A stretch of 64,000 bases of DNA from Epithemia pelagica (lineage: Eukaryota > Protista > Bacillariophyta), in the NCBI GenBank assembly GCA_946965045.2, contig OX337240.1, positions 806,001 to 870,000 of the forward strand. Reading direction: 5' to 3'. Numbering within the stretch: the stretch's first letter is position 1; every line of letters starts with the position of its first letter. Of the stretch, positions 44,842 through 56,500 are shown in pieces. The notes under the pieces are model-generated. The model ran no database searches. It had not been told where the DNA came from and saw only the letters and a program-made list of their open reading frames with translations. The position numbers and the translations under genes were made by a program.

Positions 44842-46136
44842 ATGACAACCACTGAGGACTTGACCACTCAAGCCTTGACGCGAGAAGCCATTGTCGCACG
44901 AATCCAATCCGAATGTGTCTCGTTCAACAAATCTCATCAAACGCAATGGAGGTTTGAGTGCTCACTTCCACCGCCCCAGCAAAACGAGACAGCGGTCGAC
45001 GACAGCCCTCCGAGCAACTTTTTTGGGATTGTGGCCCAGACTGTGGAGTCGTCGTCGACAACATCTTATCATTCTTTTGCCACTTTTTTCTTGGCATATT
45101 CGACATGGGATGGCCGCGTTTTGTTTCGCGACTTTGAAAAAAGTTCCCCGATTATTACAAGTGACACCGAAACGTCCTTATCCATGCTTTGGTTCCAACT
45201 GTTGGCCAAGATTGCCGTGAGACTGGGGTGCAATCGATTGGTATGGTCTCAGTACAACCAAGTTGCCGTTTTCCCTCATGTCCAGCCCGAAACACTGCCC
45301 TCGTGGTTGACCCTCCATTGGGATTTGCCCGAAATGCAACAGTTTACCGCTGGAAAAACCGTGTCGTCGTCCCTCCATGATACTGGCAGTGACTTGCGGA
45401 CGAAATTTGTCCATGCCTTGGAGGAGGTCCAATCGCCACCACAATCCAACGATACAACGGTTCCGTTTTCCTTGCGACTGGCATCGCAGGACGACGTACC
45501 CGACATTACCCGATTGGTACGAGGGTTGGCCAAGTTCGAAAACGAGTTGGACAGTGTCAAGGTGAAACCACAAGAATCGGTGGTGGATGGATTTGGTGAC
45601 TTGCCCCTCTATTACTGCGTCCTCCTGGATTGTGTCGATAGCAATCAAAAGAGAAGGAACGCCTGTGGCATGGCCTTTTGTTACATTGGACACACGTACG
45701 AAACGGGTGGCTTTCTCTACTTGGAAGACTTGTTTTTGGAAGAGGCTTTTCGAGGCAAGGGGGGAGGTACAATGATCATGGGCGCATTGGCCGCCGCGTC
45801 CCAATCCCTTGGTTGCTCCAAAATGGTGTGGCAAGCACTCGACTGTACGTACTACTACAAATACGACGACTTCGTTTGGAACAATCCACCACGGATTGAG
45901 GTGGAGAAATATGTGATTCCCCTCTCTTGGATTCTCTGTCTGTCTCACTTACGGCTCGTCGTTTTCCTCGTTTCCGTGTTTTCCTCGTAGGGAATGCTCC
46001 GGCCTTGGCCTTTTACAACAAGATTGGTGCACAGGTACAGTCAGGTTTATTAACATGTCGTTTCAAGGGAGCAACCTTAACAGACTTTGCTGCTGCTGCA
46101 GCAGCGACTACCGCAAGTACATCCTCCTCCTCGTAG
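44842..46136 (+). CDS. GNAT acetyltransferase, SSAT/diamine N-acetyltransferase-like, two tandem GNAT halves; intron 45845-45990
   Basis: C-half: DVPDITRLVRGLAKFE..GFLYLEDLFLEEAFRGKGGG..WQALD-W-NAPALAFYNKIGA (spliced). The degenerate N-half retains FFLAYSTWDGRVLF. Confidence 0.85.
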
Positions 46137-46811
46137 AGAGGAGATGACAGGGACTAATCTACTACTCCTACGAACTAGGTTTGACGGACTGCACGACAGA
46201 CGGACTGCACGACAGAGAACGGTCCTTGCTGCTTTGACGGACTGCACGACAGAGAACGGTCGACCTTCCGTGTTAAATCCTTTAGAGAAGAAAACACTAC
46301 AATACTCTCTATGCTACGCCATGGTATCAACGGTAGACAATGTTCTCATGTCGATAGAGATAGCTTGTCTGGTTCGATAGATTTTCGAGTCTTGGCAAAA
46401 CGAGAAAAGATACACCCGGGTATCTTGGCATGTCATGTTCCCGTTTTTGTATGTGCCATGACGTGGTATTTAATTTGGTCACACGTCACACTTACGTTCT
46501 GGTCGCTTCACAGTTTTCACCATCCTTCATGTGAGACCGGGCCTTAACGTTTTGACACAGAAATTTGTTCTGGTTTACTTTTGCCCCTCCCCCTCCCCCT
46601 TCCACAAAGATTGCACAGATACAAGAGAGCAGTGTCGTCTGCAGGCACCACCATTGATTAAAACACCAACCAAGATTTCGTTTCGCCTCGGCAATCAACT
46701 CTTCAACCAAAAAGAGAACACGAGACAGCCAGTAGATAGACCGAGGGATCTCTAGCTAGTTTTGGGTGGATCGAGAGAGAAATCGAGTTCGAAGCGCGAG
46801 AAACACGTACC

Positions 46812-49800
46812 ATGGACTCTCCACCGGAAACCAACCACAACCATGCCGAAACTGGCGACAATGCTCCAAGTAAAGACGAAACCCCGACGGATTACCACAG
46901 CAACAAGGCTTCCTTGCCGCCGTCCCACGCCATGGAGGCCATGGAACCGAGTACGACCGCCACGACGCTGTCTCCCAAACCCAACAAGATGCACGAAACG
47001 GATGACGAAAAGGCACGATATCGACAAGCCGGTGCTACGGTTCCGGGGGCTGTCGCAATGACCACCACGAGTACACCCGTCAAGTCGTCGTCTCCCGATG
47101 GAGCAGCCACGACACCCAGCAAAACACCCACGGAAAAGGCTGGATATCTTTCCACTCCCACCAGTAAACCGGGTGCCGTGGCCGTGGGAACCACTCCTAG
47201 CAGCTCCACTACTCCAACCAAACCCAACGACGATGACATGTTGGATCCCCCAGCACCGACCACGCTCCCCGTGAGCACCCTGTCGGCCACGGAACCACCT
47301 CGTCCGGCCATGGCGGCTTCTGCGGCTTCCACCAATAAGGATGCCTATCGAAGCACGGCTGCCGCGACGGTCCCCGGTGCGCAAGCGGTGAGCAACAGCA
47401 CTCCTCCCACCCCGAGCAAAAAGGATGATTCTTCTGCCAAACAACAACAACCACAAGCCCCCTTGTCCTCGACTACTTCGGCCACGGCGGTCGATGCCCA
47501 AACGGCGGTCATTGTCCAATCGGTCGAATCCGATCTCCTTGACGACAAGAAGAAACACGGTCGAAATTCGGGAACGACCCGTCCCGGAGCCGTGGCCGCC
47601 GGTGGTGTGGCGGTTGCCGCCGGAGCCGCCACGGTAGCCATGTCGGGTGACACCCAATCGGCCGTCTTGCAACTCAAAGAAGATGCCGCCACGGCCAAGG
47701 TTGCCGCGGCAGCGGCGGAAGGAGGAGCCAATCCACCGCCGCCCCAAGTCACGGCAGCCTCCCTGGATGCCGAGACACGAGACGCACTCGTGCAACTCAA
47801 AATGGCGTCCGATGGTGGACCGTCGGAAAAGAGCATGGAAGAGAAAAAGGTGCTCGTGATGACGGAAAAACAACCGTCCCTGGACCCACCCGCCAAAGAA
47901 AAAGCCCCAGCAGACCCCGAAGAACCAGTACACACCAAGACCTTTTTGGAAGTGAACCGTTCGGTCCAAGACGAGGAATTGGCATCTCGTCAATGGGAAA
48001 AGGATATGAGTTCTCGATTTACAGTGGAATCCATACCGGCGGCGGAAATGTCGAGTTCGACACTCCTGAGTAATACTAACAAGGACCGAGAAAGTCAACG
48101 AGATATGAGTTCTCGATTCACTGTCGAATCCATACCGGCGGCGGAAATGTCGAGTTCGACACTCCTGAGTAATACTAAAAAGGACCGAGAAAGTCAACGA
48201 GATTTGGCCGTGGCCATTGCCATTGATGAAGATGCCGAAAAAGAAAAATTGGCCCATGCCGAAGATTTTCAAGCCCGCAAGAGACGAGCTTTGTATCAAC
48301 GACCCTGGTTCCTCTTCGTTTTGGCTTGTATTGTCAGTGTCTGTGTCGCTGCCATTGTCACGGGTGTCGTGGTGGCCAACAACAACAATAACAATGACAC
48401 GGATGACGACCTGGACAGCACCGATGACCAGTTGGCCAACTCTCCGACCGCGTCACCCTCGATGGCACCCACAACATCTGATCAAGTGGTATTGTACGAC
48501 TGGCTCCTGACCGAAAAGAATCTTTCCATGACCAAGATCAATTCGGCCAAGACGGCCTTTGACTTGGCGTTAGATTGGTATGCCAATCAAGATCCAGGAC
48601 GTAACATGTCGATACCTGTGGAGGAATTTGAATGGGACTACAATCGATTCTTGATGGCGTGGCTGTATTTTGCCCTCTCGTCCAATGGGACCAAACCATG
48701 GGTGAGTTGCAACCCTCCCAATTACGACGCCGGCCAAACGAACGAGTGCATTTTTTTGGAATTCAAGGAGGTTGCCAGCAATCTGGAATGGATCACATAT
48801 AACCAAGTGGCTGGAAAGCGATGGCTCTCCAACTTTAGTCTATGCGAGTGGGCGGGCTTGGAATGTATACCGGATCAGCCTCCCTCATCACCCTTTTTCA
48901 CCTGCAATGGCGCCCCCTTTCGTATTCTTTTACGAGGCTTTGGCTTGTCCGGTCCCTTGCCGGAATTTATCAATGAACTCGTTTGCCTCATCGACTTGGT
49001 CGTTTCCTACAATTCCGATCTAACGGGCTCTGTTCCTTCGACCATGTTTGACTTTCCACCGGATAGTGTTACCAAGGCTCGCATGAATTCGGTCTCCATT
49101 TTTAATAACACTGGAATGGAGGGGCCTATTCCCGATGCTCTGTGGGCCCTGACTCGGTTGACCTCCATTATTTTGGGTGACAATGGGTTCACCGGAACCT
49201 TTCCCGATTTGAGTGGCGCGAGCACATTGCCGGCATTGCGGGAGCTCCTTATCTATGGCAACAATTTTGGAGGTCCGTTGCCTGTTCTAGGTGCGGAACA
49301 AGGAGCATTGCGAGACTTGCGACTCCAACGGTCCGGATTTACAGGAACGATTCCTTCCACGTACGGGGACTTGGCCAATTTGCGGGAACTCTGGCTTTTT
49401 GAAAACTTTCTCAATGGAACCATTCCCGAAACCTTTGCCGAACTTTCACGCCTTCGGGAACTTCGCTTGCAGAAAAACGATTTGACAGGAAATTTGCCTG
49501 CTTTGGAATGGACAAGGATCCGAGACTTTGAGGTTAGCTCCAACAAGCTGAATGGAAGCTTGCCACTTGGAATTGCGGGTATGACACGACTCGAACGACT
49601 GCTTGTCGACGAGAATGATTTCACGGGTGAAGTTCCGGATAATTTCTTTGCCAATCTGACATCTCTAGAACAAGTGAGACTACGGGACAACATGTTCAGG
49701 GGACCCATTCCATCCAGTCTGAGCGGTCTAGAGAACATGGTGGTATTGCAACTCAACGAAAATGCGTTTACCGGAGATGTCCCGTTTGAAATCTGTTTGC

Positions 49801-49928
49801 TCCGTGGTCAGTTGACAAATCTTCAGGCGGATTGCCTGGGTGTTCCTCCTCAAAATGAATGTTTCTGCTGTACAGCCTGCTGCAGCAATGGCGAAGATTA
49901 CCGAACCTGTCAGACAATAGAAGAGTGA
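46812..49928 (+). CDS. Single-pass membrane leucine-rich-repeat protein (diatom PGA-motif LRR family, no kinase domain)
   Basis: N-terminal repeated PGAVA motifs, TM segment WFLFVLACIVSVCVAAIVTGVVVA, many LxxLxLxxNxLTGxIP repeats and a Cys-rich end (ADC..ECFCCTAC). Confidence 0.9.
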   Translation: MDSPPETNHNHAETGDNAPSKDETPTDYHSNKASLPPSHAMEAMEPSTTATTLSPKPNKMHETDDEKARYRQAGATVPGAVAMTTTSTPVKSSSPDGAATTPSKTPTEKAGYLSTPTSKPGAVAVGTTPSSSTTPTKPNDDDMLDPPAPTTLPVSTLSATEPPRPAMAASAASTNKDAYRSTAAATVPGAQAVSNSTPPTPSKKDDSSAKQQQPQAPLSSTTSATAVDAQTAVIVQSVESDLLDDKKKHGRNSGTTRPGAVAAGGVAVAAGAATVAMSGDTQSAVLQLKEDAATAKVAAAAAEGGANPPPPQVTAASLDAETRDALVQLKMASDGGPSEKSMEEKKVLVMTEKQPSLDPPAKEKAPADPEEPVHTKTFLEVNRSVQDEELASRQWEKDMSSRFTVESIPAAEMSSSTLLSNTNKDRESQRDMSSRFTVESIPAAEMSSSTLLSNTKKDRESQRDLAVAIAIDEDAEKEKLAHAEDFQARKRRALYQRPWFLFVLACIVSVCVAAIVTGVVVANNNNNNDTDDDLDSTDDQLANSPTASPSMAPTTSDQVVLYDWLLTEKNLSMTKINSAKTAFDLALDWYANQDPGRNMSIPVEEFEWDYNRFLMAWLYFALSSNGTKPWVSCNPPNYDAGQTNECIFLEFKEVASNLEWITYNQVAGKRWLSNFSLCEWAGLECIPDQPPSSPFFTCNGAPFRILLRGFGLSGPLPEFINELVCLIDLVVSYNSDLTGSVPSTMFDFPPDSVTKARMNSVSIFNNTGMEGPIPDALWALTRLTSIILGDNGFTGTFPDLSGASTLPALRELLIYGNNFGGPLPVLGAEQGALRDLRLQRSGFTGTIPSTYGDLANLRELWLFENFLNGTIPETFAELSRLRELRLQKNDLTGNLPALEWTRIRDFEVSSNKLNGSLPLGIAGMTRLERLLVDENDFTGEVPDNFFANLTSLEQVRLRDNMFRGPIPSSLSGLENMVVLQLNENAFTGDVPFEICLLRGQLTNLQADCLGVPPQNECFCCTACCSNGEDYRTCQTIEE
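48003..48200 (+). repeat. 99-bp in-frame tandem duplication (33 aa x2)
   Basis: DMSSRFTVESIPAAEMSSSTLLSNT(N/K)KDRESQR occurs twice. Confidence 0.95.
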
Positions 49929-50338
49929 TTATAAGTAAAGGGACCTTGATCTAAAATCACCCGATCACGGGTGATAGTCATGGAACAATGTACTTCCTCT
50001 CCGCTCGCTCCCATTTGGAAGTACGGTCCACATACCTGTTCCTATTTGTTCTTGACGTCAGACTGCTTTCTTGTGGAAACCAAACAGTGTTCATCCATAG
50101 ACAACTTTCTTTGTTAATTCGATAAGGCTATAGTTCAAAGCACTATGTGAGACTCTCCGGACAAGTAAGGAGTAGCAAGATAGCTGAATTCCTATAAGCG
50201 ACTCAAAGGCTTTCGGATCTTCGAGTTTCGAAGCCCACGAAAAGCGAAATAGTGAAGTGAAGTACATCGAGGACGATAACACCAAAGACAGCCGCAATCC
50301 GATCCCTCGGCACGAACAGTCACCGCAAGAAAAGGGGT

Positions 50339-53300
50339 ATGCTGCCAGAGGAGCAGGACGCGGACCCGCCATGGGCCATGCCGGCTAATAACACGTTTCC
50401 CATGGCCGAAGCACGACCCAACCACCAACCAAAAACCGATCCACCCCCGTCTATCGGTTGGAAACACATACAACGCACGGCGGCCCCAACATGGACCATG
50501 GAATCCCTCCATGGTCTCCGAAAACACAAACCAAATCAACACCATCGACCCCGGCATCTCATCGCCCGTCACCATGGTACAACCCAGAAACCAGCGATAG
50601 CCAAAAACACCGAGCCCAACGGACACAACAACACGGCGCAACTGCTACGGAGTAGCAACACCAATCCCCCAACAAGCCAGCAAACTACAAAACCAACAGA
50701 GCAAATGACCAGGCCGAAAAAGACGATGACTCCGCAAGACCACGGGCCCACAGCAACAACAAGCGACAGACACGAAACAGGGCACGACGACCCAAGCCAC
50801 GCCGACAACACTAAAAGCCACCAACCACTCCCCCGCAAAAGCATTCGTACACCAGCAACGACAACACAAGAGTCGATGACCCAACCGACCGCCACCAACC
50901 AAACAGACACAAGCAGGGCACGCACCAGGCACCAGACCAGCTGCCTGCCGCCACCAAAAGGAGTCATCCGGCAACTGGAACAAGCCTTGCAAAGGGTCAC
51001 AGCTGCAATGAAAATGACCCTGCCACCACCAAACCGAACGACCAGGCATTCTCACAAAACCAGTGAAAACTCCGTTTTCCACCCGAAGCCCAGACCGGAA
51101 GCACCAGCAAACCAGACCAAACACCACCCGCCAACGATGCAAGTCCACTCCAAGCCCTCTGCAGGCCGCCGCCCGAACCGTTCGACCAACACGACGGCCC
51201 TCGGCCCGATTCCCCTTGTCGCGGCAAAACTGCCCAACAACATCACCGCCATCACCCCCGACCGCCCCAACAAAAACAAAGAAAACCAAAAAACCAACAA
51301 AAACAACACCGAGAACAAGAGCACCACCACCCACAACACCGACGAAAACACCCAAACCAACCAGAACCATTACGAAACCCTGGACAACAAACAGGAACAG
51401 GAGAACAACGTCCACAACAACAAAGAGACCCAGCCCACCACCAACAAAACAAACAACCACAACGACGCCGCCGACTCGGACGACGAAAACCCACCGAACA
51501 CCAACAAAACAAACAACCACAACGACGCCGCCGACTCGGACGACGAAAACCCACCGAACAACAACGACCAAGGAACACCACGGGCCAACCCGTACCTTCA
51601 ACCAAAGGGCGAAACGAAACGTCCGCCGTCGCCCGAACCGAAAACACTTATTCATCTACACGTGGCGATCAACCATCACCCCAACCCACAAGTCGAGTCA
51701 ACTCTCCCACGGCTCACCGAACAAGCCTTAAAGACGCATTTCAATGAAGTCTTTTTCCACCACAGCAAACGAGAAGAGCCCATGTGGCTCCAAGTCCATT
51801 CGGTCGATTTCTTGGAGACCAAGCAGTCGGGCACACGATCTTTTCGCCACAACAACCAACACGGGTCACACAAGGGAGGAGGGCACACCTCCACGTTCCA
51901 CGTAACCCTCTCACCAGCACCTGCCAACGACGTTTTCGATTCAGAGATTTTCATCGAACAAGGACTCCGATTCGTGCTACAAATGTGGCACAAACACCAC
52001 AACGACGACTTTGTGTACGATGAATTCGATTCACAGACGGTCCTACCTCCCGGAACGAAACAATCGAACCCGACAATCAATCCTCGCTTCGACCAGATCA
52101 ACGTGTACCACCCAGCCTGCAACAACAGGAAGAGTGACACGTTCGGAATCATCGTCGGTGTGCCCGCCCAGACAATCAAACATCGCCGGGCGGCACTGGA
52201 TCTCACGTCCGACATCCAGAACACCCTCACCCCTCATCTCCCTAGGAAGTTACACTACATGGACTTCTTCAACCACATCGGCTGCCGTACGGGGACATTT
52301 AGCGGCGAGCTCAAGAACAAACAAAAAGGACAGGTTCCTGCCATCTACGTCACGGCATCAACAAGAAACAACTTCGAAGCATTGCTTCGAAGCTACAACG
52401 CCTACATGGCCGCAAATCGCAACTCCGAAATGAAATGGAACAAAAACAACATTCAGCTGATTCCCATGCCAACCAGTCAACCCAATCGGACAGCAACACT
52501 GGAAGCAATCAAGGACATCGACCAATTTTTTAGCGCGTGCGTACGCATCAAGCTCAAACCAATCAACCCGGAAGCGACCGATGGAGATTGGAAACAACTT
52601 CGACAACTACGCGAATTCGTCGCCGTATTCCCGGAATACAACAACGAGGACCCAGAGGCGCAATACTACACCCTATACCTGCGCAAGACCCCTGACACAC
52701 ACATGCTCACCACCAACACCATCCGCCAGTTCACAGACTTCCCGACCAACATCCTTCTCCCCACCCTGGCGGCCGTGACCGCGTCACCTCCAAGACAACT
52801 TACAAACAACCAAGACCCGACAACTCCGACTTCTTCCAGCCACACCAACCGACTCGTCGCCTTTACCAACCGTCTTCTCAGGCGCAAACACAACAACCTA
52901 GACGACACACCAGCTGACGAAACACCTGCCAAGACAGAGGACAACGGACCCGAGTCGCCGAACAGGCACAACCATTCAAGCAACCAACCAAACAAACGGA
53001 GGGCAGCCGCCATGCAACCAACAGAGGACGACGACAAAGACCCATACGACGACGGCACAGATTGGACAACAGTGGCAGCGAAAGCCCACCACATTCAGAA
53101 CCAAAACAACGAGGTCGACGACCGAAAACCAGCAGCCAAACGGAACCAATTCGCCCCGTTGGCCGAACAACAAGACGACCAAACAGCTAACGACGACATG
53201 ATGGACACGGAAGAGTCCGACGACCACTCACGTGCCCTCATCGGAAGCGACGACAACGGAGACAACCATGCACAAGACGACCATGAGTTTTCAGCCACCA

Positions 53301-53533
53301 CCATGCAAGAAATCGAGCTCATATTCAAATATGTGGCGGCCAACAACCCCTCACGCATCGACGAAATGCGTGAGTTTCTCGAGCATACCAAATCGTTTAC
53401 GAACGACACCGACGCGCAGGATGCTTGGCGCTTTGCCCAGTCTTTAGTCCAGACCGGCAACACCAACATCGCCGACTCGCGCACCGGCCATGTGGTCCCG
53501 CATGACAAATGGGCCAAAGGGCCAAATGAGTGA
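50339..53533 (+). CDS. LINE ORF1, 1064 aa, unknown function
   Basis: Long open frame with the same composition as ORF2 and overlapping its start. Low-complexity ends flank a globular-looking core (c.aa 440-800). Confidence 0.7.
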   Translation: MLPEEQDADPPWAMPANNTFPMAEARPNHQPKTDPPPSIGWKHIQRTAAPTWTMESLHGLRKHKPNQHHRPRHLIARHHGTTQKPAIAKNTEPNGHNNTAQLLRSSNTNPPTSQQTTKPTEQMTRPKKTMTPQDHGPTATTSDRHETGHDDPSHADNTKSHQPLPRKSIRTPATTTQESMTQPTATNQTDTSRARTRHQTSCLPPPKGVIRQLEQALQRVTAAMKMTLPPPNRTTRHSHKTSENSVFHPKPRPEAPANQTKHHPPTMQVHSKPSAGRRPNRSTNTTALGPIPLVAAKLPNNITAITPDRPNKNKENQKTNKNNTENKSTTTHNTDENTQTNQNHYETLDNKQEQENNVHNNKETQPTTNKTNNHNDAADSDDENPPNTNKTNNHNDAADSDDENPPNNNDQGTPRANPYLQPKGETKRPPSPEPKTLIHLHVAINHHPNPQVESTLPRLTEQALKTHFNEVFFHHSKREEPMWLQVHSVDFLETKQSGTRSFRHNNQHGSHKGGGHTSTFHVTLSPAPANDVFDSEIFIEQGLRFVLQMWHKHHNDDFVYDEFDSQTVLPPGTKQSNPTINPRFDQINVYHPACNNRKSDTFGIIVGVPAQTIKHRRAALDLTSDIQNTLTPHLPRKLHYMDFFNHIGCRTGTFSGELKNKQKGQVPAIYVTASTRNNFEALLRSYNAYMAANRNSEMKWNKNNIQLIPMPTSQPNRTATLEAIKDIDQFFSACVRIKLKPINPEATDGDWKQLRQLREFVAVFPEYNNEDPEAQYYTLYLRKTPDTHMLTTNTIRQFTDFPTNILLPTLAAVTASPPRQLTNNQDPTTPTSSSHTNRLVAFTNRLLRRKHNNLDDTPADETPAKTEDNGPESPNRHNHSSNQPNKRRAAAMQPTEDDDKDPYDDGTDWTTVAAKAHHIQNQNNEVDDRKPAAKRNQFAPLAEQQDDQTANDDMMDTEESDDHSRALIGSDDNGDNHAQDDHEFSATTMQEIELIFKYVAANNPSRIDEMREFLEHTKSFTNDTDAQDAWRFAQSLVQTGNTNIADSRTGHVVPHDKWAKGPNE
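51440..51560 (+). repeat. 60-bp in-frame tandem duplication in ORF1
   Basis: TNKTNNHNDAADSDDENPPN occurs twice. Confidence 0.95.
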
Positions 53534-56500
53534 ACGAAAGACAAAAACCCCCCGACACTGTCCAGTACCCGACTGCCCATGGACAGTGTCATCATCATCA
53601 ACCAACCCCCATGCCTCCCTGAAGGAACACCTAATCACCGAGCACAGCGAAACCCACCCATCAGACTACCTCACACCCCAATATTGCAACCAACACGGCT
53701 TTCATCCATGCCTCAAATGCGACACGCCTACCGCCATCTTCACTACGGAAGGGCATCTAAGACAACACGTAACAAAAGAACATAGTAGGGCGAAAACAAA
53801 CCTCCAGTTAGTCCTACAAACCTACCGACATTCTCCACCAGAAACTGAGAGACAATGGAAAGATAGCTTAGCTTATCTGCACAAACTACAGCTTTCACCA
53901 CCACCATTCCGCCGAAGTATCTGGCACAAACTAAAGCCTCCCATCAAAGCAGAATTTTACACAACATACAACACGGTTGTGTCTTGGATCCTTGAAGCAA
54001 CACCACCCCTGTCCCCCTCGGTCCTGAAGGATGACAGACCACCACAACACGACATCGACGCCAGTCCCTTTTGGAAACTGTTAATTCTATTAGAGTCCCT
54101 CCTGCTGGCACCAATCAAAGGAACAGTGCACCTCACCTATGCAAACGCCTTTCGAGCCCGGCTCTCCTGGTTTAAGACCGGCAGACTCGAAGAACTCCAC
54201 CACATCATCTGGAATCCAACACCACTCCCAAAACAGGGAGCAAACAACAAGAAAAAACAGAAACAACGACATCGGCAACAACATCACCCCTCTCCGTCCG
54301 ACCAACTGCCACAATGGCGTCTCCACTCAGCTCAACAATTAGCCAACCTTGGCAATTACCGAGCAGCAGTCAAACGACTCACAACAAACACACCACCAGC
54401 AACATTGACCGCACCAAGAGTCGAACGTTGCCAGAACGAACTCTTTCCACAAAGACAACGACCACCCCCGTCAACAAGATCACATGGTCAACCAACAATG
54501 GGACCCCCAGCCGCACAGTATTTAAAACTGACAGACGAGTCCTTCGAAAGGGCACTGCGGCAGATGACACCGGGGACGGCCTCTGGACCGTTCTCCACAT
54601 GCATCGACACCATCGTGTCGATGGCTCTCCACAAGACAACAAAAGCGCCGGATGCAACAAGACCGTACTTCCGCAACATCAAATCTCTCATACAACTCGT
54701 AGTGACTGCCCAAGTACCGACAACAATCCAACCAATTCTCGCCAGCAATTACTTTCTTGCTTTGCATAAAGACATGAACAATCTGGAACGGCTACGACCC
54801 ATTGGGATTGGAACAGCCATCCGAAGAGTAGCAGCCAAGACAGCCCTGGTACACCTTACCGATGCCATTCAACCCCTCCTGCTCAAAGGAGGCCAGTACG
54901 GCATACAAGTACCCGGGGGAGTCGATTTTGTCGCCCAAACCACGGCCATGGCAGTGCGACAATACATCGACCGAAATCCAACAACGACAGACTCATCAAC
55001 CACATCAACAACAACCGAAAACCGGACGACAACGACAAACCCATCAACACCATCAACAACAACCGACAGTCGGACGAGACCGCCGAGCCGAGCACTGGTC
55101 ATGCTAGATCTAACAAATATGTTCAATAATGTGAGCAGAACTGAAGCAAGAAAAATCTTGTTAGAGCATGACGAAACAACACCACTGGTCCCCTTGTTTG
55201 ACCTGTTAACACAACACACCTGCAAGCAATGGTACTTCGACGAAAACAAACAAGCAAAGTTTTTACGGCAAGAAGAAGGGTTCCCCCAAGGCTGCCCTTT
55301 GAGCCCGCTATTCTCCTGTCTCGTCTTACTGGCCTTAACAAACAAGCTGAACAAAGAACAAGCCAAAAGAGCACAACAACGACAGCGCAACAACAACCCA
55401 CACGACGACGAAATGGGCGGAGTAGGACACACCGCATCCATCATGGATGACACATCCGTGTGTTTGCCCCACTGCAACGTCCCATGGTTCCTAAAACGTT
55501 TCGAAGCACTCGGTCAGCCTTTGGGAATCATTTTGAACAAAAGCAAAACAACAATTCTTACCTCCACCGACGGTACACCCCCCGACACGCTAGACCCAAC
55601 AGACAAACAGTTCCTCGAACAAGCGCTGTCGTTCCTTTCTCCCGCCGACCCGGCAAAAGCCGAGATCACAAACGGGGTACGATTTCTCGGACAGCCTATA
55701 GGTTCGAGTAACTTCGCCCAGCAATACATCCAAAACAAAGTGAAAAAGATGCATCACAAACTGGACTGTTTCTTGCAACTGCCAGACCTCCAGACCAAAC
55801 ACAACCTTTTCAAATTTACCATGGTATCGTCCCTGTTGCACCTGCTACCATCAGATGTCTACCTGGCGCACACGACAACAAATCCAAGAACAACGCTTTG
55901 GTCCAGCCCAACAACATTAGAGACAGAAAAAATCGTCGCACGCTTTCTATCAGAACTCACCTCGCTCCCCGAAACCGAGATCAGCTCTTCGGCGTGCCTC
56001 ATTGCGGCAATGCCACAACGACTGGGAGGCCTCGGCTACCAACAAGCGGCCACATCGGCGTACCCACGATTGCTAACCCAAACGGCACGAGCAATCGCCT
56101 TAGCAACCTCGAGCAAAACACCAATCCCGAGAGTCCACCGAAGGGAACTTAACAATTGGCAAGAAAGCACCGATGAGTACATGACAATTTTCAGAAAAAC
56201 ACTTTCACTCTACGCCAAAGAATACGCAGAAGAACAATTGTACACACCAAAGAGGTATGACCATACCACTCACAAAAGACTACTCCATCACACAGTCCAA
56301 GAACATACCCTGCCGCGCTTGGTAGCCGAAACCCCACCAGAACAACGAACCTTCCTCCCCGGTTTATTGTCGCCTCTCACCAGTTTGGCCCTGTCCCTAC
56401 CTTTGACAGCAACACAGTTTTGCTATCCAAACGAAGTATTCCAAACGGCAATCAAAAGAAAATTGCGGCTCCCCTTGTTCGTGAACGATCCAACCCAGTC

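Noticed and set aside
46752-48299. 515-aa minus-strand ORF
   Set aside because: Antisense shadow of the GC-rich LRR gene; no recognisable motifs.
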